From NCBI RefSeq assembly GCF_053078305.1, contig NZ_CP166879.1: a stretch of 64,000 bases of DNA. The stretch is one strand, 5' to 3'. Within the stretch, counting starts at the first letter, position 1; every line of letters starts with the position of its first letter. A program made the translations under genes and the position numbers. Below are positions 18,228 to 28,492 of the stretch, in pieces. Under the pieces are notes generated by a model. It was not told where the DNA came from. It made no database searches and worked only from the letters and a program-made list of their open reading frames with translations.

Positions 18228-20292
18228 ATTGATTTCATTCAGTGACCTACCTAGTTCTTTGGCAGGTCTGCACAAAAAAGCAAAGAGGGAAGCGTGGAAA
18301 ACGCGGCTAAAACCAGGGGTAAAAGGGAAAGTTTTAGAGTGTGAAATAGGAGCTTTGCCTTTAACTGTTCAGCAGGCAGTACGCGAACGCCATGCCCTGC
18401 AACTGATGACGCAAAAAGCCGATGAATCACCGGCTCCGGTGGTGACAAAGGCCAGACGCTCACCTGCCGTGGTTGATGCGGTGGAGGCATATCGCGGATC
18501 ACCCCAACTGATGGTCGAACGCCTCAATGCCCTGACTGAAAATCAGCGCCAGGTGGCTGATGCACGAATCGCGATCGTCAGCGAAGTTCTGAAAGTCGCG
18601 CAACAACCTGGTTTCAGCTGTGCGAAGGCTATCCGGTTTATCGTTGACAACCTGGCACGTTCGCAGTTGGACGAGCGCATTGTGGCAATGGTTGAGACGG
18701 CGAACGCCAAAAAGGGAAACAGCCGCGCGTTAAGTGAAATCACGCTGAAACGCTGGATTGCGGCCTTTAACAAGGCGCAGAACGCCGCTGAACGCCTGCT
18801 TTTACTGGCACCGGGTAAGCGCCAGGAAATAAAAGCCGAAGATATTAACTGGCTGCCCGAATTTCTGGCGCAGTATCGCCAGTCAAACGGCCGACCAATG
18901 ACCGAGGCTTACGAGGATTTTGTCGCTGAATGGCAGCACCGGCACGCCGATGAGCCTTATATGCTCGATATCATGCCGTCTTATGACACCATTCGCCGCG
19001 CAATGAAGAAACTGCCGGAAGTGGTGAAACAAAAAGGCCGGGTGACCGGCAGTGAATACCGCCAGCTTGAGGGATTCACGCGCCGCGACTGGTCAAAAAT
19101 GCCGGTGAATTATGTCTGGATTGGTGACGGTCACGGCATGAAGCTGAAATGCGCACACCCGGTTCACGGTCGGCCATTTGCACCGGAAGTGACCTTTGTT
19201 ATCGACGGTGGCACGCGCTTTGTGGTGGGCTGGAGCCTTGACCTGGCTGAAAATGTTTTCGCCGTAGCCGGTGCCATACAGCACGGCATTCGCCATCACG
19301 GCAAACCGTTTCTGTATTACTCGGATAACGGCTCCGGGGAAACCGCCGACATCCTGGATAAGGAGGTTGTGGGGATACTGCCGCGACTGGGGATTAATCA
19401 CCCGACCGGGATTGCCGGTAATCCGCAGGGACGAGGCATTATCGAACGGCTTAACCGCACATTACCGATGCGCATAGCCCGTAAATACCGCACCTATTTC
19501 GGGAAAGGTGCAGATCGCGAGACGTTACGCAAAACCAACCGCGATTTACGCTCGGCATTTACTGCCCTGCAACAGGGCAAACGGCTGAACGCCCGGCAGC
19601 AGTCAGCGATGCGTGATTTACCGTCCTGGTCTGAACTGATTGATGCCATTCGTGACGGTGTTGAGTGGTACAACAACCGGCCGCACGATGAATTACCGGT
19701 GAAGCCGAACGGCAAGCATTACAGCCCGGCGGAGTTCAGAAAAAAACGCCTGGCGGAAGAGGACACGGAAATTGAATGGCTGTCCGATGTTGAGCTGCGG
19801 GATATGTTCCGGCCGATGGTGGAACGCCCTGTAAGACGCTGTGAAATACGCTGGCTGAATAATATTTACTACGCGCCCGAGCTGCGTGACGAGCATGGTC
19901 GTAAGGTGCTTATCAGCTATGACATTCATGATGCCGAACGAATTACCGTACGTCGCCTGGATGGCAGCGTGATTTGCGAGGCGGTATGGGACGGTAATAA
20001 ACGCGAAGCCTTCCCGGTTAGCGCGGAATACTACAAACAGCAGCAACGCCTTAAAGGCATGCGTAAACGCGCAGAGGAAAAAATCCGTGATGCCGAGGAT
20101 GAGGTTGTCAACGTGCTGGAGCACAAGCCGCAGGAGCCCTGGCTGGAAAACATATACCGCCCTGTGGGTAATACGGTGACCGTTCAGCAACCGGTCGCTG
20201 ACGATGAACCTGATGAAGAATACGAGCGTAATTTCCAGCGGGGATTGCAGTTGCTGGAAGCGAAATTAAAAGAAAATGACCCGCTGGCCTGA
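18208..20292 (+). CDS. A: Mu-type DDE transposase A
   Basis: ~694 aa; position after ner, repressor-like N-terminal domain, large catalytic core. Confidence 0.8.
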   Translation: MWVAMTELISFSDLPSSLAGLHKKAKREAWKTRLKPGVKGKVLECEIGALPLTVQQAVRERHALQLMTQKADESPAPVVTKARRSPAVVDAVEAYRGSPQLMVERLNALTENQRQVADARIAIVSEVLKVAQQPGFSCAKAIRFIVDNLARSQLDERIVAMVETANAKKGNSRALSEITLKRWIAAFNKAQNAAERLLLLAPGKRQEIKAEDINWLPEFLAQYRQSNGRPMTEAYEDFVAEWQHRHADEPYMLDIMPSYDTIRRAMKKLPEVVKQKGRVTGSEYRQLEGFTRRDWSKMPVNYVWIGDGHGMKLKCAHPVHGRPFAPEVTFVIDGGTRFVVGWSLDLAENVFAVAGAIQHGIRHHGKPFLYYSDNGSGETADILDKEVVGILPRLGINHPTGIAGNPQGRGIIERLNRTLPMRIARKYRTYFGKGADRETLRKTNRDLRSAFTALQQGKRLNARQQSAMRDLPSWSELIDAIRDGVEWYNNRPHDELPVKPNGKHYSPAEFRKKRLAEEDTEIEWLSDVELRDMFRPMVERPVRRCEIRWLNNIYYAPELRDEHGRKVLISYDIHDAERITVRRLDGSVICEAVWDGNKREAFPVSAEYYKQQQRLKGMRKRAEEKIRDAEDEVVNVLEHKPQEPWLENIYRPVGNTVTVQQPVADDEPDEEYERNFQRGLQLLEAKLKENDPLA

Positions 20293-20363
20293 AATAAAAA
20301 AATAACCCGAGCGGCGACTCAGGTTATTTGATTAAACAAGGTATCAAATGAAAGGTTAATAAT

Positions 20364-21296
20364 ATGACTGATATTAACGATGTAATCAAGACCATTGATG
20401 AACTTATTGATGGCGGCGTACTGACGCAGTATGCCATCGCCAGAGAGGCGGGAATTTCCGACGGCACATTATCGGCTTTCCGTAAGGGAAAATATAAAGG
20501 CGATAACGCTGCTGTGGCTGCTTCCCTGCGTTCCTGGTATGAGAACTGGAATAAACAAAGCGCACTGCCGGAACCGCCGCAGTTTGTGGAAACGCAGACA
20601 GTCCAGGAGCTGCGCACACTGTTTCAGGCGGTTCGTCTGATGGGCTGTATTAACGTTATTGTGGGCGTACCGGGTGTGGGTAAAACGGCCACTGCCCGTA
20701 ATTACTGCCAGGAGCAACCAAACACCTGGATGATCACCCTGTCACCCGCGCACTCCAGCGTCACGGAGTGTCTGCTGGAGCTGGCCGATGCGCTGGGGAT
20801 TGATTACACCCGCGCGAACAAAGGGGCATTATCCCGCGCCATCCGCCGTCGCCTGATGGGAACGCGTGGACTGGTGATTGTGGATGAGGCGGATCATCTT
20901 GGTATTGACGGTCTGGAGCAACTCCGGGCAATTCAGGACGCCACGGGGATCGGGATGGTGCTTATTGGTAACCCGCGCGGATTGTTTAAAGGTGGACGCC
21001 GCGCCTTTGATGATTTATCGCGCCTGTTCAGCCGTCTTGCCCGTACAAAACAACTTCGCAAGGCCAAAAAGGCGGATGTGCTGGCCATTGCCAGTGCGTG
21101 GGGGATCAGTGGTGAGGCCGAGCTGGCCGTCATGCAGGCTATCGCTGAAAAGCCGGGAGCGTTACGCGTTCTGACACATACGCTTAACCAGGCGTGGCTC
21201 ACCGCCAGCGGTGAAGGCGCGGCGCTGACAGAAAAACATATTAATGCGGCCTTTAAAGAGGTTTATACCAACCCTGAATTACTCTCACAGGTGTGA
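20364..21296 (+). CDS. B: transposition ATPase B (AAA+)
   Basis: 310 aa; Walker A GVPGVGKT, Walker B VIVDEADHL. Confidence 0.8.
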   Translation: MTDINDVIKTIDELIDGGVLTQYAIAREAGISDGTLSAFRKGKYKGDNAAVAASLRSWYENWNKQSALPEPPQFVETQTVQELRTLFQAVRLMGCINVIVGVPGVGKTATARNYCQEQPNTWMITLSPAHSSVTECLLELADALGIDYTRANKGALSRAIRRRLMGTRGLVIVDEADHLGIDGLEQLRAIQDATGIGMVLIGNPRGLFKGGRRAFDDLSRLFSRLARTKQLRKAKKADVLAIASAWGISGEAELAVMQAIAEKPGALRVLTHTLNQAWLTASGEGAALTEKHINAAFKEVYTNPELLSQV

Positions 21297-21520
21297 TTAT
21301 GGCGGTATTTAATATTCCTGATATTTACGGACGCTTTTACCTGGTTAATTTCGATAACGTGAAGGTGATTTCACTGGCCGAAAATAAAGAATGTGGCGAT
21401 TTACTTTTTGAATTTAATGACCGCACACGAATGGTGATATCTGCCGGACTTGATCGCGAAGGTGCGACAGACGTTTACAGCGGAATATGCCGTTCTGTTG
21501 GTGCGAAACAAGTCAGCTAA
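21293..21520 (+). CDS. hypothetical protein (Mu-like early region)
   Basis: 75-aa ORF overlapping B stop. Confidence 0.4.
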   Translation: MIMAVFNIPDIYGRFYLVNFDNVKVISLAENKECGDLLFEFNDRTRMVISAGLDREGATDVYSGICRSVGAKQVS

Positions 21521-21787
21521 ATGAGGTGTTATATGAATATGCAATCCTGCGGTAACAAAATGAATTTATTCGACTCCCTGAACAGCGCGCGCCGTCTGAC
21601 CGAACTTGCCGGTGCGGTACTGGAACGCAGTAAGCGCTATCCGCAACGTTTTGCACTGAAAACCACGCCGCCGGTAGGCAACGTGCAGGGAACCGGTGAA
21701 ATTGAAATCACCATACAGACCAACGGCCTGCGCCGCCGTGTGAAGGCCACCCGCATCAGCGGCTGCACGGTTTACTGGGAGGTGTGA
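21521..21787 (+). CDS. hypothetical protein (Mu-like early region)
   Basis: 88-aa ORF. Confidence 0.4.
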   Translation: MRCYMNMQSCGNKMNLFDSLNSARRLTELAGAVLERSKRYPQRFALKTTPPVGNVQGTGEIEITIQTNGLRRRVKATRISGCTVYWEV

Positions 21788-21864
21788 GGTGAAAAAAAAA
21801 TCTCATTGCATGGGCGTGGTCGAGTGGTCTTATTGAGTTTGGTTACGTCCTGCCGGAAGGTGCA

Positions 21865-22071
21865 TTGCCGATAGTTGCCGGAAAGCCTGCCACGGTACGG
21901 CATGTGATTGAGGTTATGGCGCGTCATGGACGTGATGAACAGGAGCAGTTACTGGTTCCGGGGATACCGGAAGCGGTGACGGAGGAAGAAGCCTTTAATG
22001 CCATGATTCGGTTCTGCCGTGAGGTCAGACGCCGGGTCAGTTATCCAAACAGAACGAGGACCAGAGGATGA
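21865..22071 (+). CDS. hypothetical protein
   Basis: 68-aa ORF. Confidence 0.35.
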   Translation: MPIVAGKPATVRHVIEVMARHGRDEQEQLLVPGIPEAVTEEEAFNAMIRFCREVRRRVSYPNRTRTRG

Positions 22072-22340
22072 GTAAAGTCGTACGCATTATTTTCGAATAC
22101 AAGGAGCACGTTATCCATAAAAACGCGGATGGAACAGTGCGCATGGGGATAAGTCTGGACATACGTTCAACCGGGATAAAGCAGAAAGGTGATGGACCTG
22201 CCATGATTTTTGGGGTGGTTATGCTCGCGGAAAGCAGAGACTTTGCTGAACTTGTGGCAATGAAAGCCAGTGCGCTCATGAAAGATATGAGCATGCGTTC
22301 CGGGGTTATTAAAGGTAATGAATTTAATCAGCAGGGGTAA
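22068..22340 (+). CDS. hypothetical protein, paralog pair member 1
   Basis: 90 aa; MSKVVRIIFEYK similar to next gene MSKVRVIFEFK. Confidence 0.45.
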   Translation: MSKVVRIIFEYKEHVIHKNADGTVRMGISLDIRSTGIKQKGDGPAMIFGVVMLAESRDFAELVAMKASALMKDMSMRSGVIKGNEFNQQG

Positions 22341-22344
22341 TTCC

Positions 22345-22638
22345 ATGAGCAAAGTACGCGTTATTTTTGAATTTAAGCATGTTTCGCATGACGAAAAACC
22401 GGCAGGCAATGACTGTGTTGAAGTGCATGAAAAGATTGGTGTGGATGTAAAAACAGAACGTGATACGAATAACAGGCCGACGTCACTCTGTGACGTTTAT
22501 GTAAGTATTCTCCAGTATCACAGTCCTGAAATTATTCAGTTTCTCTCAGCGGAATTTCAGGCATCTGTACAGGCTTTTGGGGCGGATGCCATCATTAAAC
22601 GCCACCGCGTGCATAAAGCATCAGGCACACTGCAATAA
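22345..22638 (+). CDS. hypothetical protein, paralog pair member 2
   Basis: ATG at 22345 with GGGG RBS; similar N-terminus to previous gene. Confidence 0.45.
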   Translation: MSKVRVIFEFKHVSHDEKPAGNDCVEVHEKIGVDVKTERDTNNRPTSLCDVYVSILQYHSPEIIQFLSAEFQASVQAFGADAIIKRHRVHKASGTLQ

Positions 22639-22649
22639 GGAAAAACAAA

Positions 22650-23180
22650 ATGGCAAAACGCGTTACAAAATTAAAGGCCGCAGCAGAGGCGGCACCGCAG
22701 ACCCGTGAAGAGGTCAGCCGCGATATCCGCACCCTGGGCGATATTCAGCGAGAGGCGCTGCGCCTGGAAACAGCGATGAATGATGAAGTGGCAGAAATCA
22801 CCGCCCGTTATACGCCGCAGATTGAAAACCTTAAAAAAGAAATCAAAGTGCTTTTTAAGGGGATTCAGGACTGGTGCAAAACCAACCGTGATGAGCTGAC
22901 GAACGGCGGCAAAACCAAAACTGCCAATCTGACCACCGGAACAGTGTCATGGCGGCTGGGAAATCCATCATGCAGCGTCAGCCGTGATGTGGAAGGTGTG
23001 ATTGAAATGCTGCGCCGTATGGGGCTTGAGCGATTCATCCGCACGAAAGAGGAAGTGAACAAGGAAGCGGTCCTGGCGGAGCCGGATGCAGTGAAAGGCA
23101 TTGCCGGTATTAAGGTGAATAAAGGCGCTGAAAGTTTTTATGTCGAGCCTTTTGAACAGGACGCCGGACTGAATAAATAA
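22650..23180 (+). CDS. gam: host-nuclease inhibitor Gam (Mu-type)
   Basis: 176 aa; DIQREALRLETAMNDEVAEIT...ANLTTGTVSWR...RFIRTKEEVNKEA matches remembered Mu Gam. Confidence 0.8.
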   Translation: MAKRVTKLKAAAEAAPQTREEVSRDIRTLGDIQREALRLETAMNDEVAEITARYTPQIENLKKEIKVLFKGIQDWCKTNRDELTNGGKTKTANLTTGTVSWRLGNPSCSVSRDVEGVIEMLRRMGLERFIRTKEEVNKEAVLAEPDAVKGIAGIKVNKGAESFYVEPFEQDAGLNK

Positions 23181-23277
23181 CACCGCATTAAATCTTTAAA
23201 TATCACATCGTTTTAAGTATGGCGCTCGCGTCAGGGGACTGTCTGCGCCTGTAAACTGAAAATAAGGAACAGGATAT

Positions 23278-23820
23278 ATGGCATATTTTTATTTCAAATT
23301 AGACCGTGTGCAGACAAATAAATATTTCACCAAATATCAACAGACTGTTTTACCGCTACGCAACAGTATTCTTCGGGCATTACTGAAAAATACAGGCGCT
23401 GCCGGATTGCGCTTAAAGCCGTTTGCCATGGACGTAATCAGTGAGTTTTATTTTTCTGGTACTCTGCCTGCGGGCTGGCGTAAGCGCGATGATGTGGCTT
23501 TTATCGGGGACGGACCGTGCTTTATTGCCAGACCTGATGAGTCATGCCCTGAAGGACCGGCGATTGCCGCAATGATTGAAGCCGCTGAACGCGAGTTAAG
23601 AAAGCGTCCTGATTTCCTTGTCTGGCTCTGTGAAAAGCTGGGGGTAATGAGAATCCCCTCCATGTTTAACATGGACTCCTGGTGGACCCCGTCGCTCTCC
23701 CGTGATGCCCTGTGCGTGGTGTTTAAAGTAGGCGCTTATGGCAGGGAAATAAAAGGGGGTATTCCTGAAGAATGCCAGGAGATTAAACATTCTGAATATG
23801 TGGCGCTGACGGAGGAATAA
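23278..23820 (+). CDS. hypothetical protein
   Basis: 180-aa ORF. Confidence 0.45.
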   Translation: MAYFYFKLDRVQTNKYFTKYQQTVLPLRNSILRALLKNTGAAGLRLKPFAMDVISEFYFSGTLPAGWRKRDDVAFIGDGPCFIARPDESCPEGPAIAAMIEAAERELRKRPDFLVWLCEKLGVMRIPSMFNMDSWWTPSLSRDALCVVFKVGAYGREIKGGIPEECQEIKHSEYVALTEE

Positions 23821-23823
23821 TTC

Positions 23824-24357
23824 ATGATTGATGCAAAAGTGCTTGAAGGGGTTAAAAACTGGCTGAGTATTTACGGGCGTCTGACCTGCGGAGTTCTGGC
23901 TGAAAAAATGAATATGCCGCCATCCTCGATGGTTTATTTTCTGCGTGATGCGGTTGATGCCGGGGTGCTGACGGAATGTAACGGTTTTTATGATATTCCG
24001 CGTCCCCGCCCGGTGCAGCCGGTTCGTCGCAAATGCAGCCAGGAGTCTGCGGCTGATGATGTTCAGTGGTGCAGCTTCAGAAAATCCCTGCCGTGGATTG
24101 AGGGGCATGATATTCCGTCGATGGCGTGGGAATTTGCTCAGGGCATACTGACCTGTGAAACCGTTTATGTGGTGGCTGAAGTTGATGAGCAGGCCATGAA
24201 AGAAGGCGTGCCCCAGTTTGTGATGGCGTATATCGACATACGCCTGGGTGTCATTATCTGCGGTTTAAGCGGCTGGAATATCACCTCGCGCGTTCTGCGT
24301 TACCTGATTGTTGACCGGACGGCCGCGCCTGCCGGGATATCTGCGGAGGTGGCGTAA
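23824..24357 (+). CDS. hypothetical protein
   Basis: 177-aa ORF. Confidence 0.45.
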   Translation: MIDAKVLEGVKNWLSIYGRLTCGVLAEKMNMPPSSMVYFLRDAVDAGVLTECNGFYDIPRPRPVQPVRRKCSQESAADDVQWCSFRKSLPWIEGHDIPSMAWEFAQGILTCETVYVVAEVDEQAMKEGVPQFVMAYIDIRLGVIICGLSGWNITSRVLRYLIVDRTAAPAGISAEVA

Positions 24358-24872
24358 TGTTCTTTAAAACATCAAACCCTTCCGCGCTGGCCGCGTGGCA
24401 AAAATATCAGCAGGACTGCCAGAAAGTTAAGGATGAGGCAAAACGCCTTGAGGCCGTGCTGAATGTTGCGTGCCGGTCGGTATTTGTATCCGGTATCAGT
24501 GGCTTTTGTTTTAAAGGGCTGCGCTTTATGGATGACAAATATCCTTTTCATCGCGACTTATGGCGAAAACCGACTGCGTCGAATGGCTGGAGCTGCACAC
24601 CGCGCACATCACGTATTCCCAAAGCCCTGCGCGTTGCCTCTGACGAACTTAACAGTCTGTGGCGTGAATATTCGCCCGTCACGTATGCCAGAACCGATGC
24701 ACTGTTGTTCTGGCTGGGTATTGATTTCTCGGCAATCATGTTTGGCCCTGTGAAGTGGTTCTGCGTTGACGATGTGATTTACCTTGAGTGCGGCGTAAAA
24801 CCCGCAAATCAGAAAATGACCGAAATTCTGTCTGATGAGTTTTATGCTGCTGAAAAGCGAGTCAGGGGGTGA
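24357..24872 (+). CDS. hypothetical protein
   Basis: 171-aa ORF. Confidence 0.45.
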   Translation: MFFKTSNPSALAAWQKYQQDCQKVKDEAKRLEAVLNVACRSVFVSGISGFCFKGLRFMDDKYPFHRDLWRKPTASNGWSCTPRTSRIPKALRVASDELNSLWREYSPVTYARTDALLFWLGIDFSAIMFGPVKWFCVDDVIYLECGVKPANQKMTEILSDEFYAAEKRVRG

Positions 24873-24875
24873 TGT

Positions 24876-25427
24876 ATGATGATTTTACAACCCATGGGGC
24901 GAAAAGGTCAGGCACCTGCTCATGTCCGTGCGTGGACACCTGAAGAAGATGCGCTGCTGATTGCGCTTTATCCATCCACCCCGGTTAAGGATATTGCTGT
25001 CAGGGTAAAAAGAAGTTTCTGGGGTGTACATAACCGGATTGTTTTATTACGCGGTACTTACCCGGAGTTGCTCAAATGCAAACGTCCAAGATTTAAACAT
25101 GATGAAGATAAATTTATCCGAAAAAATGCCAGAACGATGACCGGTAAGCAAATAGGAGAATATCTGGGGCGAGACCGGGATTCTGTCCACAATCGGGCGC
25201 GATATATTGGCGTAAGCATGAAAAAATACGGAGAATTGCTGCCCTTCACCCGTATACCTGACGATGATGTTCATCTTATTCGTGAATTACGGGATGCTGA
25301 ATCACCACGACGTCTTACCTTCCGGGAAATAGGCGAGAAATTTGAATTATCCGAGAGTACGGTGAATTTTATTTATCACCATCGCCGGACTGCCGAGGAC
25401 GCTGTATTACGGGAGTTAACGCCATGA
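24876..25427 (+). CDS. hypothetical DNA-binding protein (HTH-like segments)
   Basis: 183 aa with two HTH-like stretches. Confidence 0.4.
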   Translation: MMILQPMGRKGQAPAHVRAWTPEEDALLIALYPSTPVKDIAVRVKRSFWGVHNRIVLLRGTYPELLKCKRPRFKHDEDKFIRKNARTMTGKQIGEYLGRDRDSVHNRARYIGVSMKKYGELLPFTRIPDDDVHLIRELRDAESPRRLTFREIGEKFELSESTVNFIYHHRRTAEDAVLRELTP

Positions 25428-25609
25428 TAAAGAGACTTGTATTTTTCGCAATTTTCGTTCCGGTGTTGGGGGTTGGTTTTATATTTGCGATTACAGGAAA
25501 CCTGTCCATGATGCCAGATATTTGGTTCTTTATCAGGATGTCGCTCTTCCTGTTTATTATGAATCTTCTTATCGACATATATATCCGTATTACTGGAAAA
25601 CATAAATGA
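25424..25609 (+). CDS. small hydrophobic membrane protein
   Basis: 61 aa, strongly hydrophobic. Confidence 0.35.
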   Translation: MIKRLVFFAIFVPVLGVGFIFAITGNLSMMPDIWFFIRMSLFLFIMNLLIDIYIRITGKHK

Positions 25610-25980
25610 GAAAAATCACGTCCTTGTCAGAGTTACAGGAGATGAATATGAGTATTGAATTAAGATCGTCTTATGAGTATCGCAAATTTCTTATCGCCGG
25701 AGGCATGAAACCGGAAGATGTGGAAAAAATCGTTTCTTTTATGGATAAGGAATGTGACAAGCGGGATGTGTCAGAAATTATTATGGATGACATGATTCTG
25801 GATTCAGTCGTGGCGTTAAGTCCGTTATGGATTGTGCATTCTCTTGCGGAAATTGCCAAAGGCACCGATAAACAGGCAGCTGTTGCTGCCCTTCAGACGC
25901 TTAATGAAATGCGTATATCTCCACGCCCGACATTAATACAGATGATTTTGTCCAGTATGGAGGATAAAGCAAATGAATAG
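25606..25980 (+). CDS. hypothetical protein
   Basis: 124-aa ORF. Confidence 0.4.
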   Translation: MRKITSLSELQEMNMSIELRSSYEYRKFLIAGGMKPEDVEKIVSFMDKECDKRDVSEIIMDDMILDSVVALSPLWIVHSLAEIAKGTDKQAAVAALQTLNEMRISPRPTLIQMILSSMEDKANE

Positions 25981-26170
25981 TCTACCCGCTGGATGGGCGC
26001 GCCCTCTGATGGCTAAGAAGCATCATTTTTTTAAAACTGGCGATAATATCAGTATATGTAGGCGGTGGTTATATCTGGCTCATAATCGCGAGCCGGATAC
26101 ATTTGAAAGCCCTGATGACTGTGCCGAATGTCGCAGAAGACTGAATAAGGAGAAAGATAATGGACAGTAG
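25973..26170 (+). CDS. hypothetical Cys-rich small protein
   Basis: 65 aa with CxxC-like pairs. Confidence 0.35.
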   Translation: MNSLPAGWARPLMAKKHHFFKTGDNISICRRWLYLAHNREPDTFESPDDCAECRRRLNKEKDNGQ

Positions 26171-26456
26171 TTCGCAGTTGTTCTGGTGTTTATATATCAC
26201 ATCGTTTTTCGGTGCATTCGTCATTACACGATGGCTGTGCCGGAAAGTTATCAGTATTTTTCATAAAAAATACCTGATTGGGCTGGCGGCGACTTCTCTG
26301 ATTAATGCACTTGCCAGATATCATAAGGGGGAATACTACTCAAGAATAAAAACTGATGATGGTTTTAATATTTTTGTGATTCCTCCGGAGTATCGGGTTC
26401 AGCTCGATCGGGAAAGTAATATCTATCATATCAGCAGGAGTGTTGATACAGCATGA
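26160..26456 (+). CDS. hypothetical membrane protein
   Basis: 98 aa, N-terminal hydrophobic segment. Confidence 0.4.
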   Translation: MDSSSQLFWCLYITSFFGAFVITRWLCRKVISIFHKKYLIGLAATSLINALARYHKGEYYSRIKTDDGFNIFVIPPEYRVQLDRESNIYHISRSVDTA

Positions 26457-26962
26457 GAGGGAAACTGATATCCGCTATTCATGTGGCAAAGCGCGAGCTT
26501 GCCCTGGATGATGAGACCTACACATTCGTACTACTGGCAGCCACCGGCAAAACCAGTTGCCGGGATATGTCACCGGATGAGTTATCCCGCGTGCTGGATG
26601 TTTTCAAAAAACGCGGTTTTAAAGTGCGTCAGAAACCGGTTAACCGGGCCTTAAAACCGGGTACGGTGACCGCCAAAATTCGCGCCATCTGGAAAGTGAT
26701 GCACTGGCAGGGCTTTATCTCTGATGGTGCGGAAACCGCTCTTAACCGCTGGGTGAAATCGCAGACGGCCGCGCAGAACGGCGGCGAAGGTGTGGCAAAC
26801 TGGCAGTGGCTGGAGCAACACCCCGCCCTGGCCTCAGATGTGCTGGAGCGTCTCAAGCGATGGCACCGCCGCAAAATGCTGGCCGCGATGGGAATGCCCG
26901 AACGCACGCTGATGGGGTATGACGCCGTTTGCAGGCAGTATGAAAAATCACTTCCCCGTTAA
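26453..26962 (+). CDS. gemA: GemA / gp16-family regulatory protein
   Basis: 169 aa; position before mor and pattern typical of Mu gp16. Confidence 0.6.
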   Translation: MRGKLISAIHVAKRELALDDETYTFVLLAATGKTSCRDMSPDELSRVLDVFKKRGFKVRQKPVNRALKPGTVTAKIRAIWKVMHWQGFISDGAETALNRWVKSQTAAQNGGEGVANWQWLEQHPALASDVLERLKRWHRRKMLAAMGMPERTLMGYDAVCRQYEKSLPR

Positions 26963-27031
26963 CCCCAAATCCCGCCACAACGCGGGATTTTTATTTTAAA
27001 CTTACCGGGAACGCGAGAACCGGAGGCTGAT

Positions 27032-27457
27032 ATGGCAGAAACTCAGATGAGCATGTTTGGTGGTGACAGTGAGCAACTGCACGCCCTTATCGACCGCCTT
27101 GATGACATCCCTGATGATGTTCTCAAAAAGAACTGGCCGCGTACCCTGTCTGAACTGGTTGAAGTCACCGGCGCAGAACTTCAGCGTCAGGGGATTGAGC
27201 CGGTACTGGCCGGTAAACTGGCACGCAAGGTGGCTGCGGCTCAGGCCGCCTATATGGGCGGACGGGGTTATTACCTGCCGGTCGGGGAATCTCTCTTTGC
27301 CGAGCTGCGAAACAATGAGATATTTTCGCGCTGGGACCGGGGCGAGAAAATTGAATCCCTTCGCCGCCATTACCGGATGTCAGAAACCCAGATTTATACC
27401 GTCATACGTGAACAGCGCCGTCTGCATCTGGCAAGAACACAACCGCCACTTTTCTGA
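27032..27457 (+). CDS. mor: Mor/C-family transcriptional activator
   Basis: 141 aa; C-terminal HTH and placement before lysis genes. Confidence 0.65.
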   Translation: MAETQMSMFGGDSEQLHALIDRLDDIPDDVLKKNWPRTLSELVEVTGAELQRQGIEPVLAGKLARKVAAAQAAYMGGRGYYLPVGESLFAELRNNEIFSRWDRGEKIESLRRHYRMSETQIYTVIREQRRLHLARTQPPLF

Positions 27458-27528
27458 TATTCCGCAAAGCCTGCCGCCTTTCCTTCACCGTTACGCTGAC
27501 TCAGAGAACATCATGAGACAGCGTAACA

Positions 27529-28029
27529 ATGCCAAAACTCCCCGCACCACTGCGTAAAAAGCTGATTGCCCTTGTTCTGGCCGGTGCCGGGACGTTCACG
27601 ATTGCCACGCATTACACCGGTTACTGGGAAGGGAAAGAAAACTCCACGTATATCGATCCCACCGGTACACCCACCATCTGTTACGGCCATACCGGCCCGG
27701 ATGTGAAACCGGGTATGACCCTGACGGATGAAGAATGCCTGGAACTACTGGAAAAGGACATGAAATGGGCCTTTGCGGCCATTGATCGGCGTGTTCAGGT
27801 GCCGCTTACCCGTGGTCAGACGGTGGCGCTGGCTTCGTGGATCTTCTGGGCCGGTGAAACGAACTTTCGCAACTCCACGCTTCTGCGCCTGATCAATGCC
27901 GGGCAGATGCCCGCGTCCTGTAAGCAGTATATCCGCTGGATTTATTCAAAGGGGGTGAAGCTCCCCGGCCTTGAGGCCCGCCGTTCGGCGGATGAATGGT
28001 TATGTCGCTACGATTTGCCGAAAGTCTGA
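27529..28029 (+). CDS. lys: endolysin, lysozyme family with N-terminal signal-anchor (SAR-type)
   Basis: EGKENSTYIDPTGTPTICYGHT catalytic E...D...T motif; hydrophobic N-terminus. Confidence 0.75.
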   Translation: MPKLPAPLRKKLIALVLAGAGTFTIATHYTGYWEGKENSTYIDPTGTPTICYGHTGPDVKPGMTLTDEECLELLEKDMKWAFAAIDRRVQVPLTRGQTVALASWIFWAGETNFRNSTLLRLINAGQMPASCKQYIRWIYSKGVKLPGLEARRSADEWLCRYDLPKV

Positions 28030-28102
28030 ACCGCTTCTGGCGACCGATCATGATAGCGCTGCTGTGTGCGGTACTGCTGTTACGGGGTGTCCTGTGGCTG
28101 CG

Positions 28103-28492
28103 GTGAATAATGCCTTACCGGCCCTGATTGCCGGGGCGTGCATGGCGGCGCTGGGGATTATCGCTGTACTGGTTGCCGCGATATGGGGAATGCACCAGAA
28201 GACGCAGCGCCTTGAAGACAATAATCAGGTGCTTGTGCGTGAGCGGGATGAGGCGCGTCAGGTGCTGGCAAATCAGCAGCACACCCTGCAACTCATTTCA
28301 CAAATCAGTGAGGCGGCCACGAATGAAAAACAACAGAACATTCAGCACAGCGAGGGGCAGCAGAGCGTTGTCCGCCGGTCGCTGGCAGCAGTGCCTGCGG
28401 CCTCTGCCCCTGTTCCTGATGATGTGGCTGATCGGGTGCGCCGGGCCGTCTGTGAAATACGTGCCTGTGAAGCCGGTGCCGATCCCCGCTGA
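28103..28492 (+). CDS. i-spanin (Rz-like)
   Basis: N-terminal TM helix then coiled-coil region; start uncertain (GTG 28103 chosen). Confidence 0.5.
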   Translation: MNNALPALIAGACMAALGIIAVLVAAIWGMHQKTQRLEDNNQVLVRERDEARQVLANQQHTLQLISQISEAATNEKQQNIQHSEGQQSVVRRSLAAVPAASAPVPDDVADRVRRAVCEIRACEAGADPR

